64,000 bases of DNA from Basidiobolus meristosporus CBS 931.73 (lineage: Eukaryota > Fungi > Basidiobolomycota), in the NCBI GenBank assembly GCA_002104905.1, contig MCFE01000019.1, positions 124,001 through 188,000 of the forward strand. Direction: 5' to 3'. The translations under genes and the position numbers were made by a program. Every line of letters starts with the position of its first letter. The stretch's first letter is position 1. The notes beneath the pieces were generated by a model. It had not been told where the DNA came from and made no database searches. It worked only from the letters and a program-made list of their open reading frames with translations. Positions 47,877 through 61,547 of this stretch are shown in pieces.

Positions 47877-48749
47877 TGTGAATCCTACCAGAACATATTT
47901 GTAAATTGTATTATTTTCAGTTGGTACAAAGCAACATCACAGTAATGAATAAATCAGCATATCGCCAGTAGATAAGGGCTTGTTAACAAGTGTCTATCGG
48001 ATCGGAAACTCCATCTGCGTGCTCCGCTGCCAAAACTGATTACACATTGCACCATTCTACAGGTTGCTTCTTTGAGGTAGGGTCGAGTACTAGGATTGTC
48101 TAGAGCGTAAGAACTTGGCCCTCACAAGGACATTGCCAAGACTAGAATGTTCAGAGATATCTACCCATTTCCAATATTGGATGTTTGTTGCCGAATGTTT
48201 CTACGATATATCGACACATTGTTGCCGAGCGAAACATTCGGCTAGGATTCACGAGCTATTTCGATCTGCTCATGTCGGCTACTCAGATTAGGCAAATATT
48301 TTTCCTTTTTCCCTTTCTCAGGGTATCTCTGCGACCTGATGGATTATTCTAACATCGCCAGTGCAATGGTTGGGCCAATTCATTTTTGGCGATGACGAAA
48401 TATGCTTATTTAGGTACAAAATAAGGAAACAAAACTCTTGGAGATTCTTGTTGATTCGTTCTCGGCATCTGTCTATATGATCGGTTGTAGAGTGAGGTTT
48501 AGTTTATCTTTATATTTATTAATAGTTAAACATCTAAAAATATGCTAGAATCAATCAAGAACCACCTCTTGACATGACAACAGTCGTATAGAGAAGAGCC
48601 AAAGAGCCCAGGACTCCGCTATAGAAGGGATTATTACATATACAAAACCTTGACGTTATGGTTGTGTTGGGCTACTCGGAGAGCTAACGTCGAAGAAATC
48701 ACTTGTCATCGAGAATAAGGTGTGGTCAATCACGAAGAACGTCTATTCT

Positions 48750-48968
48750 CTAATTGTCAGTCTTTGGTGCGGCACTGGCAGCTCCACCTATTGAGCCAAA
48801 TAAAGTAGACCTTGGGTAAGGGCTACGCGGTAGCTTGCAGCTTTCTTTTAGCCAATTGACGTCTTTAGAAAAGGAGATGGACATGTTGGGTTTGGATGAG
48901 CTTTTGGAATCGGTAGAAGTAATGGAATTACTCCTTCCAAGCTCCATGGTTTGTGTGACTGTGGACAT
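48750..48968 (-). CDS. Possible 72-aa Ser/Thr-rich microprotein
   Basis: ATG-initiated ORF MSTVTQTMELGRSNSITSTDSK...LPRSPYPRSTLF in an otherwise gene-empty region. No recognised family. Confidence 0.3.
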   Translation of the reverse strand: MSTVTQTMELGRSNSITSTDSKSSSKPNMSISFSKDVNWLKESCKLPRSPYPRSTLFGSIGGAASAAPKTDN

Positions 48969-51900
48969 AATGACGAAGGAAGACTGATGTTAGAGTGGCA
49001 ATACAAGTATGTTGTATCAAGTAGCTTGGTTTAAAACCAGTCTCAGAAGTAAGATATGAAGGATGGCAAGTTATTTATTGCGTTACTTATATCCCTTACT
49101 GATCTCTTGTTGGCATCCTACAAGTCATGTGAGCCAAGGAATATATGAATTGCTGCCAATAAAGCAATACGAATTGGCCAAGGGAGAGATATTAAATCTC
49201 CGTGATTCGGATTCATATCGTGATTGAGAGCGGTTAACAATATATGCGTACATCAATCTGATGCAGAGAGTGCTACATGATATCATGTTGATGTCAAAAA
49301 CAGGCCCAACTGGCATTCGCTTATTTATTGGCCCATGTTAATCGCTTAAAATATCCATCGACCGCCTTGGAAGTTAAATTAAGTGGGTCAGTCCCATAAC
49401 CCTTAGAATCTTTTGATGGCAAACAAAAGTGCTCTGATTGCTAGTTACTTAGTTTGGTTTCAAGCACACATGTAGAACCCAGACATTCGTTACCCCATGT
49501 TGTCAGGGATTGGACCAGATGTGCAAGAATGGCAACTGCCTGGAGAAATGTTCTTCCGCCCGCGCGATTTATCTCCTTGTGATATTTCAGCGCGTAGTGC
49601 CGAACATATTTCCTAAATATATTTACATCCATTCAAAACATTCACCCGTTCTCGCGTTGTGTAATGAGAACCGTCTCGTGATGAGCCCGGCATTCTTATC
49701 AGGGTGCCAATGTACACGCATGTAATACAGATCAGTTCCTAATGGCGTGTATACCGATACAAATTCCATACGGAGTCTGGGTGGGAGCCATATTGATATT
49801 CAAGGATTCTCGACAGGTGAATCAATGCCTGCATGGTTGTTATTTGATTGCCAATGATGAAACAATGGTGGTAAACAAAATACCATGTTGCTTCATCACA
49901 GTATACAAACATCATTTACAGCATAACGTACAGTCAGGCACGGCTATTGGTAGACAGACAGAAATGGTTATTGCGCCTCTTGTGCCAAGGCTGTTTGTAG
50001 GTAAAAATATACACTCCGTATATGGTGTATAAAGACTAAAGCATACAAAGGTGAAATGGTGCAACTTTTTCAGCAGTGAGGCGTGCTTGTGAAGAGTTTT
50101 AGTAGTGTAGTGGGTTTGATATCGAGCTTGTGTTGCCCGTCAAGTGGGGGATATGTTGATATAGATAATACATACATAGGCCATCGAAGACCCAAGTGAG
50201 AGCGTATGAACGTGGGTTTCGATGGCTCAGCAAATTCGCGATGTACTGTGGTGGCTGAAAGCGAGAATATCCCTTTTTATTTCCAGGCCTGTCCCAAACG
50301 CGCTTCTAGTTGGAGAAGTGGTTAATCATAGCTAGTGCTCATTGTGGGTTTTCGGAGTTATTCATTAAGCCGAATGATTCACGAGTTAAATACATCATTG
50401 ATTAAATAGACTCGATACAATCTCAACACAAGTAGTTATGTTTGTCTATGAAAATAGCTGAAGGTCTTTGATTCGAACGACCGATCTTGGTTATGCTTTT
50501 TTTATACGCAATACTACATTCATGATTGTTCTTGGCATGCTATTCTTATTTTGAAAGAAAGTAAAGATATCCACTACACTAACGCTATCCACCGACCGGG
50601 CCGCTGTAGACTAGAGTGTTGACTTTCATTACAGAGGGTTGTCATCAATCAATATAATACTGCAGTCCTGATAGATGGTGAACGACAAGTTTATCAACAC
50701 GGTTCGCCACGGTCCGTGAAATGTGCTCAACAATGAGAACTAATGAAATATTCATGGATCAATTTCAGCACGTGTAAATCGCAATGTGAAAACTCCGGCA
50801 AAGGGAAACCATTGAAGATAAGAATCACACAATAATGAACCAGAACCTACATATTTCATCTCAACACTGGAATTCTATTTTTCTGTGGGTGCCAATCATG
50901 TGAAAATAGTCACAATGTAAAGGACCAACGGAGTTGTGGACTTTTACATAGAACACCAGACTTTAGTCGTTTCGAACTAACTGCTTTTCAAGAATATGTA
51001 CGGCACGTTCCCAAAACATGAAGGCATAAATAGCAACACCCATAATGTATAGTTGACTCTCTATTTTTTGTAAGTGAAATATCTATTATTTCTCAGTCAA
51101 GGCAATTTCCTTGACTATTAATTGAGAGGTCGGCAAGCTGAAGGATGATCAATCAGTGACTCAATAACACAATTTTGGTAGAGGTTACTAACATATGAAT
51201 ATAGCTCGGTAGGCTGTTAATGAAGAATACTCATCTAGGGCTGCGCAAGTTTAATATATAGAGCCGAGGTGCTTTCCCAAACTGTCCATAATATCTAGCA
51301 AGGTGACTGAGTGGTTCAACTATGCATTATTGGTAAGGTCAACAGTTGATAATGCCAGAGTATCAGATGCTAGGCTAAAATTATGTATCACCTTATCACT
51401 AAGTTTACTCTGGGCTTGGCAGCACAAATGAAACCATCTGAGTTCTCCCTCGAATGTTATTTGAAATATCGAGTTCATCCATCTGTGGCATATTTTGGTG
51501 TTTAGTTAGAAGCGCATTTGTTTAGCTGCTAGTTATCTAGCTCATGCCTCTGGCTATCAAGCTCTTACTATAGAGTGTCTATTTTGCAATCCATACGTCG
51601 CCATGCTATGCGTGCCCGCCTTATTCACGGAGTATGGCGTTCCAAAACATGTGGCTGTGGTAAACTATCCCATCCAGCTAAATTCCTGGAGTATGGCAGC
51701 ATCGACTCGTGGCCACTTGTGGCTAATCACTGTATTCTCGGAGGTGCATCTATGAAATAAGCAAGGATCCATGGGATCCATCGAAGACGACTTGGAGCGA
51801 ATTAAAATGTGGGAAAAGTGTCTTGAATCTTGTGGATAGTTGCCATCTTTGGAGTTGCTAAATGCCCCTCAGGTGGAGTGCTATGTGGTATTTTAATCAT

Positions 51901-52119
51901 GGACAGATCAATTGGCTGCCACAGGCTGCTGAATCAATACTAGTGGAGAAACCGTGATTTTAACCACCTCAATCACGAGCCTCTCGTACTACAACAGTGG
52001 GATCCGTGAATACCAAACGAGTTGCCGATTCCTTTAAATACCTTGATGGGGTCCATTAGCTGAATAAACTCCTTTACTCTGGAAAGGACCAGAACCATCA
52101 CCCCAACTTGTTGCTTCTG

Positions 52120-53598
52120 ATGACTGTGGAGATCCCTCGGAATGTCTCAGCTCTTGTGCTGGGTGCATTCATAGTGTTGATAGCTTTCCTCGTGGATAGA
52201 ACTCGAATTCCGCAAAATCTAAGCAAATTCCCCAAGATTCCGATAATTTATCTGTTTTCCAGACGAGACAGAAAGGCCGCTCGTGATTTGGCTCAGAAAG
52301 AGGGCATTTATATCGAACATCGGGATAAATGGATAGTAAATGTTTCAAAGGCCGAGTACGCGCAGACAATACTAGCGAACCCATTGAAGTATCCAAAGAT
52401 CCTCCCGACGCTGGAAAAACCAAGTTCGTTGATTACCAAGTTCCTCAGCACCAATGCAAGAATCTCGAATACCAGCAAGTGGGTGAAGTACAGAGAAGCA
52501 ACTGACTATGTTTTCGAGCGTTCTGATCGGGCAGAGATTGCCTTCAAATCAGTCGATAGTCACAGCGCGAGTTTGATAGAAGCCAACATGAGCGAGGTGG
52601 ATATTCTTCCATCCATGAGAGGGATCGTTCAGGAGATTTTGTGTCAACTAGTTTTCGATCAAGAGCCCGATTCAACGATTCATGATTTGATGAGGTACTT
52701 CACTGACATCGAGCAAGAGTTGGCTAGCCGCAGATATCTCTTGTTTCCTTTTTTGGAGTATATTCCACTCATCGGGCGCCCTGGGATGCATGAGCGTGTT
52801 GAAGACATGAACTCGGTCCTCTCCGGGATGATTCAAAGAAAGGCTCAAAGCATGAAGCATAGCACCCATGCGTCAGGGCAAGACTTGATATCATCGTTGC
52901 TTTTAAACACCAACTACGACCTACCCTTTACACATGTTGAGATCAGAGACTTAATTATTGGGTTCATTTGGGCGGGATACGAATCCATGCCGAGTATTCT
53001 AACGGCAGCCATTTACTATATGGCAGCAAACCCCGCGATTCAGCAGGAAGCCCGAGCTGAGGTGGTTAAATATCCCCAGACCCAACAAGCACCCACCCAC
53101 AATGAAAACAATTACCGTTACCTGACAGCCATCATCAAAGAAACTATGCGAATGCACCCAATCCCAACCACCTTTGATACCAGGATTACTAAGGAATCCG
53201 CTCAATTCGGCAACTATGTTGTTCCCCAAAACATGTCAATTACGATCGATACGCAGTCTCTGCACTATGACTCTAATATTTGGAAGGACCCATTTGATTT
53301 CAAGCCTCAACGATTCTTGAACAGCAATGAGAGTAATTCTTACGAATGGCTGGGCTTTGGTGGTGGCCTACGAAAATGTAAGCGATCCATTTAGTGTTTG
53401 TAACCTACGGGATCTAACTTTATAATAGGTCCTGCTGCTGAGTTCTCCATGCAGCAGATGAGGATTGTCCTTGCTACACTTCTGGCAAAATTCACGATCA
53501 CTCTACCAGACTTGCCACATGGTGGAGGATTAAAGCTAGATAGGGATATGAAGCCTACTAGCTTGAAGGTGACATTGACTGTCAGAGAAAAATCTTGA
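52120..53598 (+). CDS. Microsomal cytochrome P450, one intron splitting the heme-Cys codon
   Basis: N-terminal TM anchor, I-helix FIWAGYES, K-helix IIKETMRMHP (ExxR), FKPQRF, heme motif WLGFGGGLRK|CPA after removal of the GTAAGC...AATAG intron. Ends VREKS*. Confidence 0.9.
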
Positions 53599-53938
53599 GT
53601 AAATCACTTTGCTGATACCCATACGATATTTGTCATGTATATTAACAAAATCACGAAAGCGCAGTCTTCCGTGCTAATAAATACACAACCAATATGAACC
53701 GATCACCATCCACTCGAGGTTGCCTCGATGGCTACATTCTGGTGGGCTCGAGAGCTACTCAATATGATCGGTAGATATCATGGCTCAATTACACTCTGCA
53801 AATTTTATTACAACACGGGATGGATTACTTCCGGAATGGCGATCAAAGGTACATAAGAATATTAACACTGAATACTTTGTTGATGAAACCGTCATCAGGT
53901 AGCAGTATTTTAAGCCTCTTCCATCAGTTACACCGTGT

Positions 53939-54654
53939 TCATTGCTTACCACCACGACCTGAATAGTACGTGTTTTAAGTACTAATCAATCTAAATACAA
54001 TCTAAAAGGGCAACGTACCTCCTCTATTGCCACCGCGATTACCCCATCTACCCTGGCCTCTACCACCACGACCACCTCGTCCGCCACCGTTCTTTCTGCT
54101 ATCTTCTTTAACCATGTCTATAATCTACTCAGGTGAATAAAGTGATTAGCTTCTGATACATTATTGCTCGCTCGAAGAATAAACTAAAGACCTCATCAGG
54201 AATGCGAAGATACTTGATGGTGCTGCCCCTGATGTAACATTCTGGTAAACGCCAAAAGCGATCTCCTTCCTATATAAAGCGAAAAGGATTACCATCGGCT
54301 TGACGTTAAGAAGACCTTCCCCTGAAAGCGAGAAATACGAGGGGTTTTCTGGAGTTCCGGTGTACTTACTGGAGAGGTTTGAATGACTTCACGCAGGGTG
54401 AGGTTCATAAAATTATCACAGTTGACCAAGTGACCATTGTATGTTTCGCCGCTCTTAAGTTCCACCAGCTGAAGGTTGAACGATCGATGCCAAGAATTAA
54501 TTGCGATCTTGCATAATAAAATACAAAGAAACAAAGTACCATCGGGTGTCCTTGTGCGGTATTAAGTAATGAGAGAGGTAACTACAGAAACGCATGGATT
54601 TAAGTGTTAGTAGATCCCTATATGTGAACAAGAAAGTGCATGACACGTTACCAT
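53939..54654 (-). CDS. LSM4: U6 snRNA-associated Sm-like protein Lsm4, five introns
   Basis: Spliced M|[14 protein letters not shown]|[33 protein letters not shown]|[26 protein letters not shown]|IIDMVKE..RGG-rich tail|GRGGKQ*. Confidence 0.93.
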
Positions 54655-55116
54655 CGTGAGCGATAGAACAAAAACTCAGGTAACCGTTCTAGCCGTTATT
54701 AATTTTAAAAGTAGTAAACAAAGTAAAAACCAATATTACTCAAGCACTTGCATAGTTCCAGAGCAAAAAAATGATAAAAAACTGAAGTGTAGATTTAGTC
54801 TAGAATGCAACCAGGCATTGTAAAGAAATGAATTCGAAATCGTAACTTGGTTAAACTTAAACCTATCTTCAATCTCAACCGTGATTTTGCAGTGCTGATA
54901 ATTATGGATGCCAACCTAACCTCGCGATTGAGGAGGTAAAGGTGGCCATGATTTGGGGTGAATCGATGAGCAATAGGCAAAACTACCCCAAGATTGATCC
55001 TGATAACACCCCTGTTTTGCAGCTTGGGCCGGTCATTAATTAGTATACTCGGTCAAATCTTCAGTCCTTGGTACTTTAGCCTATCTGCTGACCCTTATCG
55101 TTCACAAACAGACAAT

Positions 55117-55677
55117 ATGTACGCTCTTGCCACCGCTTCTTTGAGAGTATGTTTGATAACTTTTCAAGCTATTGAGACCTAGACAAGTGTCGAGGTTTAA
55201 GCGTACCTGTGCTTATTGATTGCGGTTAATTCTTATAGACTCCTCTCGCTACTGCCACTTTCGCCCGTGGTTTCTCTTCCCAAGCCGTTCAGATGAAGGG
55301 TATATTTAGGCTCATTTTTTTCTTTTAATCGGCCACTTTATTTACAGTATATACATTTCGGTCTCTAGATGTTGTCCAAGAATTGTACCTGAAGAATTTG
55401 AAGAGCTACAAGCCTTCTCCTCAAGTAAGTATTTCTTCCAAGCCCTTGCAATGTTGTTGGTGTATTAAGTGTATTTGAATTGTAGGCAGCTGGCTCTGAA
55501 GCTGGTCAAGTAAAGGACCTCAAGCTTCCCGCTGCTCCCGAGGTAAAATTCAAATAATTCTATTCAATATATTGAGTCCGCAAATAACCCTAGATTTCTC
55601 TTTAGGTTCCCAAAATCAATGAAGACATCGCTGCTGAGCTTGCTGCTTATGATTCTGAAGTGCCCTCCCAAAACTAA
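55117..55677 (+). CDS. ATP14: Mitochondrial F1Fo ATP synthase subunit h, several introns
   Basis: Spliced MYALATASLR|TPLATATFARGFSSQAVQMK|DVVQELYLKNLKSYKPSPQ|AAGSEAGQVKDLKLPAAPE|VPKINEDIAAELAAYD; D(L/V)VQ.LYL..LK.YKP is typical of subunit h. Confidence 0.85.
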
Positions 55678-56243
55678 GCCAACCGTGTCTCTAGTTAACC
55701 GTCGCTTACATCTATTTCACCTACGAGCATGAAGACAAAGTATCAATCTTTATCTTCACTTAAAGCATACATTCTGTGATTTTCTCAAGAATAAATCAAT
55801 TCACAAAATTGCATCATAAATGGTTCATCTTGGTTATTCCGTTTGCCGTTCCTGAGCCTCTGTAGGGACGCGACGTTCGTATCCCAACTAAAGTTGGCAT
55901 ACACTCCAAACATTGTATTGTCATTTGGCAAGCTAAAGAACCGGTGTACCTGGATTCCTACCTTGTGGTGAAATTTGATTTTTTGCCTTTGTGGGATCCA
56001 GTTGGGTATCCATGACATTGATACTTGAAATTCAGTTTTCGACAATTCTTTCGTTCGCGTTTATATTGGGAGATACGAGATTTACCATATCCATTCGGAA
56101 TTCTCTCAAACTGCATCAATGGTCGAAAATCAGGACAAATTTTATGGTGTTGATTCTCGTTACCATTTTCACGAAATTCAATTTACGTTTGTGTATCGAT
56201 TTGATACTCTGCTAGTTCATTTCACCTCACGCACTTTCCAACC

Positions 56244-59200
56244 ATGTCCTCAGACATTCTCGAGATCCCTCTGAAAGGATCCGACAATGTGCTTGAAATA
56301 GATTGCAGTCAACTACCGGAAGAGGCTAAAGAACTCCTTGACATTCTGTTGCAAGAAGAGGCTCCACTCGACATCTACTTAGAGCTCGCGGTAAATGTTG
56401 AATTCGCCCTTTCTTAAAACCTAAACACGTTCTAAGTTGTTTGAAGCTTCAATATTATGATCGTAAAAGAATAGATGAGGTAGTGGTGGTTCTTGAACAG
56501 GGATTAGCTGCCGGTACACTTTCTATATTATTCAATGGGTCGACCTCAAGCACTTACATACATCAATCAATACAATCAGGTTACAATGCCGATCCTGCAG
56601 CTAGAATACCTCTGTTAAATTGTCTAGCATCTATATATTTGCTCAGGGCAAAGGCGGCTATAGGTACTAAGAAGAGTAGGTGCCTCGAAGATGCGGCCAA
56701 GTATTTCAATGAAGCAGATAGAATCAACCCCAGAGTGGAATTAACTTGGTTAGGAAAAGGTCAATATTCTCCTTGCATAGTTCGTTCCGATGCACATTCT
56801 CCTTAACCTATATGCACCTTGTAGGCCTGTTGTACATGGCTAGAAAGCAACCAGACGACGCGTTGCGTCAATTCCAGCTAGTGCTTGATCAAGAATCAGA
56901 TAATATACCAGCTCTTCTTGGAAAGGTGACGAGGATTATGGCCGTTGTACAATATAAAATACTAACCAACAATCCAGGCTAGAATCCAATATCATCGGAA
57001 GCAATTTAAGGCAGCACTTGCGACATATCAACAAATTCTAGTTCTGAACCCTAACGGAAAGCCAGATCCTCGCATTGGGATCGGTCTATGCTTCCACAAA
57101 CTCGGGATGCTAAATGAAGCCAAGGAGGCATTTGATAGAGCATTGGAAGTTGTCAGTATGTTGACTTCATGTGGTATGTAGAAGCTTGGCTAATTAGATT
57201 GAAATAGGACGCAAGTAATGCGGATGCGTTGTCTTTCTTGGCGATCATGAATTTCAATGAATTCAAAAGATGTTTGGCCTCAGGAAGCAATGACAAGCTG
57301 GAGTATTTGGAGATGGCGGTGAAGTGCCTAGAGGATGGCCATAAGATTAACGTTAAGCACGCTGTTATTTCCAATCATCTTGCAGAGCAGTTCTTCTTTC
57401 GCAGACAAATCAAGAAAGTAAGTCTGTACTGGAGGAACGATTTGAGCAGGATGTTTATTTACCAATTTGTAGGCCCTTGGCTTTGCTTCTATCGCCTCGA
57501 CTAACGCAGACACGCTAGCTATTCAGGCTGAATCGCATTTCCAACTTGGGAGAGCGTATCACCAAATGGTATATATTCTTCGAAAGATCGTTGTTTTCAA
57601 GTATTTACCGGTTTGTACTTTTCTAGAAAAAATATTCTGAAGCTACAAGCCATTATCATAAAGCCGCCAAACTTAACCCGGATCATGTGTTAGCTCAATT
57701 TGGTTTAGGGCAGATGCATATTTACCGAGGTTCGTTTTTCATCTACATGGCGCATTGACAAGTGGATTGCTTATTGGCCTCATACTCTTACCAGGGGAGC
57801 GTAGTTTAGCTATTGATCTATTTCAAAAGCTCCTGCTTAAGTTCCCTAAGAGCTCAGAAACTTTAGTGGTAACTTTCTGCTGCTATACTCCTTGCACTTA
57901 TGCCTGTCTAATCTGTGTCATTTTTTCTAGATTCTTGGTTCCTTGTACGCCTCGAGCTCAGATGAAAAACACCGTGCCGTCGAGTATTTTGATCGAGCTA
58001 CCAGAATTCTCGAGGATGAAAGTTCTGATGATTTAACTGATACCTCAATGTTTGTTCAAATGGGGCAAATGCTTGAAGATGTTGACTCGAAGAAAGCTCT
58101 CAAAGGTACAGTTGCGCAAGGATTCGTTTTTAAAAGCATCAAGCACTAATTGCAAACATAGCATACCAGAATGCCCTGAAGGCGAATGAGAAAAACAACC
58201 AGGCCAAAATTCCATTGGAACTTACTAGTAACATCGCCGTACTTCATCATATGGAGGGTAAAGTAGCAATCCGAATGTCATTTCCCACAATTCCCTCATA
58301 CTAATAATCATATAGGTGATTACGACTCTGCTAAGCGAATGTATGATCGTGCCATTCAGGATGCAACTGAATTAGCCAACAGCGGTGATGCAGATGCCGA
58401 ATATATCGCAACCACTGCAAAATATAACGTAGCCAGACTGCATGAGGATTGCTTCGAGGAAACCAAAGCCCAAGTACTGTACAAAGAGCTTATCGAGAAG
58501 CATCCAAACTACATCAATCCTTACCTTCGATTAGGACTAATGGATCAACATTCCGGAAGGTCCACTGAGGCTACCGATTGGTATAAGGATGTTTTAGGTG
58601 TAGACAATAATAATGCAGATGCCTGGACTATGTTAGGCTGTTTGCAGGCTTCGATGCATCAAACAAGGCCTAGTCGTAAAACGTTTGAGCGGATTCTGAC
58701 CGAAATAGACAAACACGATGTATACTCTCTGTGCTCCCTGGGAAATAACTATCTCGGTTTGGCCCGTAGCGAGAAAAAGAAGGATATCAAAGCCACGCTC
58801 TATAAAAAAGCATTGGAATTTTTCGATAAGGTGCTCAGACTGGATGACCATAACGTTTTTGCCGCAACCGGTGTAGCCACTGCCATTGCTGAGAGGGGCA
58901 ATCCAGCTGAAGCACGGGAGATGTTTGCTCAAATCCGTGATGCAGCACCACATATACCTGGGCTATGGCTCAACCTTGCCCATATTAATGTGGAGCTTGG
59001 CAATTATCGCAACGCATATACGCTATATGAGGGTTGTCTTAAGAAATTCCACTACAATAATGATCCGAATATTACACTTTGCATGGCCAGAACCCTGTTT
59101 CTAGCAGCCAAGGCTGAGAAGAGCCTCGAGTTAATGAAGCAAGCACGCCAATATGTCCAGAAAGCGCTCCATCTATCCCCCAAAGACAAGGCCGTACTGT

Positions 59201-60336
59201 ACGATCTTGCTTTGATTGAGCAATCTCTAGCGCAATTGGTTGGAGATATTCCTGAGGAACATCGCTCTGTAAAGGAGATGAATCAGGCCTTGGATGGTAT
59301 TGGAATTGCCAAAAACATCTTCAATGCATTGATTAGCGTTCCTCAGGAAGTCCATGTACCTTACGACAGGAATATCGCAGCTCAAAGAGAAAAACACGGA
59401 GAGTCACTGAGAAGTAGTCTTGCCAAAAAGATGGAGAAGCAAATGAAGGCCGAGCAAGAGCGTTCTTCTAGAATGGAGGAGGCGAGAAGGAAGCTCGAAG
59501 CAGAGCGAAGGAAGCACCAGGAGGTCGAGCAAGAGAAAGGCCGCAAAATGCTTGAAGAGCAGCGCAAAATCGAGGAGCAGCGCAAGCAATTGCTTGAGAA
59601 AATCCGGGAAGATAATGAGCGTGAACGCGATCTTGTTGATTCCGACGATGACGACCTGAAGGAGCGAAAGAAGCGCGAGCCTAAAGAGAAAAAGCCGCGC
59701 AAGAAGCACGATAGCGATGACGAGATGGATGAGGGCGGGCGGAGAAGAAAGCTACGCCAGAAAAAGTCGGAATACGACGATCCGGATACCCCGAGAAAGA
59801 AATTCAAATCCAAGGAATTCGTAGACGATGAAGACGAGGATGATAATGGCAGAGGTTATAGCCGAACTCCAAAGAGTGAAACAAAGTCACAGAGAAAGAG
59901 ACACCGTGCTGAAAATCATGACGAGAAAGCCACCCCCACCTCCAAATTCAAGTCGAGCGAGTTTGTCGATAGTGAAGATGACGAGGACAACTTGCCAGAT
60001 CACAATACGCCACATCTGAGTGACGGTGGCGATGAAGCTAACGGGGATGGCGGTCAAGCCTCAAGGCAGCAGGCCTCACTTCCTCTGAAGAAGAAGTTTA
60101 AAGCTCAACGAATTGTTGCTGATGAGGACTATGATGATGATGGTGCACAGAGGGAGTTGGTCCCGACCATGGAGGATGTCAACCAAATAGCTGAGCCATC
60201 GATGCAGACGCAGTCTGTTGATTCTGATCTCAATGCCCAAAGCGATATCCCAGTCAGCGACAATGGTCAGCATGAGATTCAGTCCAATGAACAGGTTGCC
60301 TCCAAAGCAGCAGGGAGTATGGATAATGTGGAGTGA
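56244..60336 (+). CDS. CTR9: Paf1 complex TPR subunit Ctr9, many introns
   Basis: ILEIPLKGSDNVLEIDCSQLPE, IPALLGK|ARI, PDPRIGIGLCF, TTAKYNVARL, DKHDVYSLCSLGN, LWLNLAHI, acidic/basic tail with KFKSKEFVD repeats. Confidence 0.92.
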
Positions 60337-60661
60337 TTTCCCAGCGATTGCTTAACTGATTGCCTATTCTTCATATGTACATTCTATCTTTCAAATGCTG
60401 ATCCAACCCCATCGATCCGTTTTCGCCTCAACACATTTTCCTATTTGTACCTTTCATTAGATGTAATTAAATGTGTTCTGCTTATCCCAAACATATATAT
60501 CTCACAGAGCCAAAAATCTGATGGTGTCCCTGGGTGAAAGTAGAAAAATTTCCATCAACCCTAACGACCAATCAACGGCAATAGGCCTTTCAGTGAGCAA
60601 AAGATAAGGAAAATATTCCCAACCTCCCCTTCTTCCGTTTACTTTACGATTTGCCCAACTG

Positions 60662-60762
60662 GTAAGTGGGAATCCATGAGACGCTGGTTGCATCCATCCA
60701 GCCCTGCGCTCGGGTGGGAGGATGGATTCTTCGCGACAGATAACTAATCCTCGTGTCTCTAG
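60662..60762 (+). other. Probable 5'-UTR intron of RPL2
   Basis: GTAAGT donor at 60662, CTAAT branch-like site and pyrimidine tract ending CTAG at 60762, 17 nt before the ATG. Confidence 0.65.
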
Positions 60763-60779
60763 GAAACCAATAGTCGAGA

Positions 60780-61547
60780 ATGGGTCGTGTAATTCGTGCT
60801 CAGAGAAAGGGTCCTGGAGGAATCTTCAAGTCTCACACTAGACTTAGAAAGGGTGCCGCCCAGCTCCGTCCTTTGGACTTTGCTGAACGTAACGGTTATA
60901 TCCGTGGTATTGTTAAGGAGATCATTCACGATCCTGGACGTGGCGCCCCTCTTGCCAAGGTTCAATTCCGTGACCCTTACAGATACAAGACCCACACCCA
61001 AACCTTCATCGCTACCGAAGGAATGTACACCGGCCAATTCGTCTACTGCGGTAAGAAGGCTGCCTTGACCATTGGTAACGTCCTCCCCCTTTCTGCCATG
61101 CCTGAGGGTACCATTATCTGCAACATCGAGGAGTCCGTTGGTGACCGCGGTGCTATTGCTCGTGCTTCCGGTAACTATGCTACCATCATCTCTCACAACC
61201 ACGATGATGGCAAGACCAGAGTCAAGCTTCCTTCCGGTTCCAAGAAGGTTATTCAATCGACTTGCCGTGCTACCATTGGTATCGTTGCTGGTGGTGGCCG
61301 TATCGACAAGCCTTTGCTCAAGGCTGGTCGTGCTTACCACAAGTACAGAGTCAAGCGTAACTGCTGGCCTAAGACTCGTGGTGTTGCTATGAACCCCGTT
61401 GACCATCCCCACGGTGGTGGTAACCATCAACACATTGGTCACGCCTCCACTGTCGCTCGCGACTCGTCTGCTGGTCAAAAGGTTGGTCTCATTGCTGCCC
61501 GCCGTACTGGTTTGCTTCGTGGTACCAAGAAGATTGCCGACAAATAA
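60780..61547 (+). CDS. RPL2: 60S ribosomal protein uL2 (yeast L2 / mammalian L8)
   Basis: [64 protein letters not shown]. Confidence 0.98.
   Translation: MGRVIRAQRKGPGGIFKSHTRLRKGAAQLRPLDFAERNGYIRGIVKEIIHDPGRGAPLAKVQFRDPYRYKTHTQTFIATEGMYTGQFVYCGKKAALTIGNVLPLSAMPEGTIICNIEESVGDRGAIARASGNYATIISHNHDDGKTRVKLPSGSKKVIQSTCRATIGIVAGGGRIDKPLLKAGRAYHKYRVKRNCWPKTRGVAMNPVDHPHGGGNHQHIGHASTVARDSSAGQKVGLIAARRTGLLRGTKKIADK

Noticed and set aside
49540-49760. WHPDKN and RHYALKYH fragments on the minus strand resembling a J-domain
   Set aside because: They are in different frames, in the wrong order and lack flanking helices; likely coincidence.
41945-51163. TGACTC(A) Gcn4/AP-1-like sites at 41945, 46157 and 51157, upstream of the Hcp/HSF pair, ARG1 and the P450
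   Set aside because: Six-to-seven-mers are expected by chance every few kb and also occur in coding DNA here. The ARG1 site is plausible but unsupported.
52120-53598. Idea that the P450 is a P450nor (CYP55) completing a denitrification cluster
   Set aside because: It has an N-terminal membrane anchor and a microsomal-type sequence, whereas P450nor is soluble and bacterial CYP105-like.
54291-54319. Apparent 29-nt cassette (poison) exon in LSM4 intron 3
   Set aside because: The downstream intron would be only ~23 nt, too short to splice.
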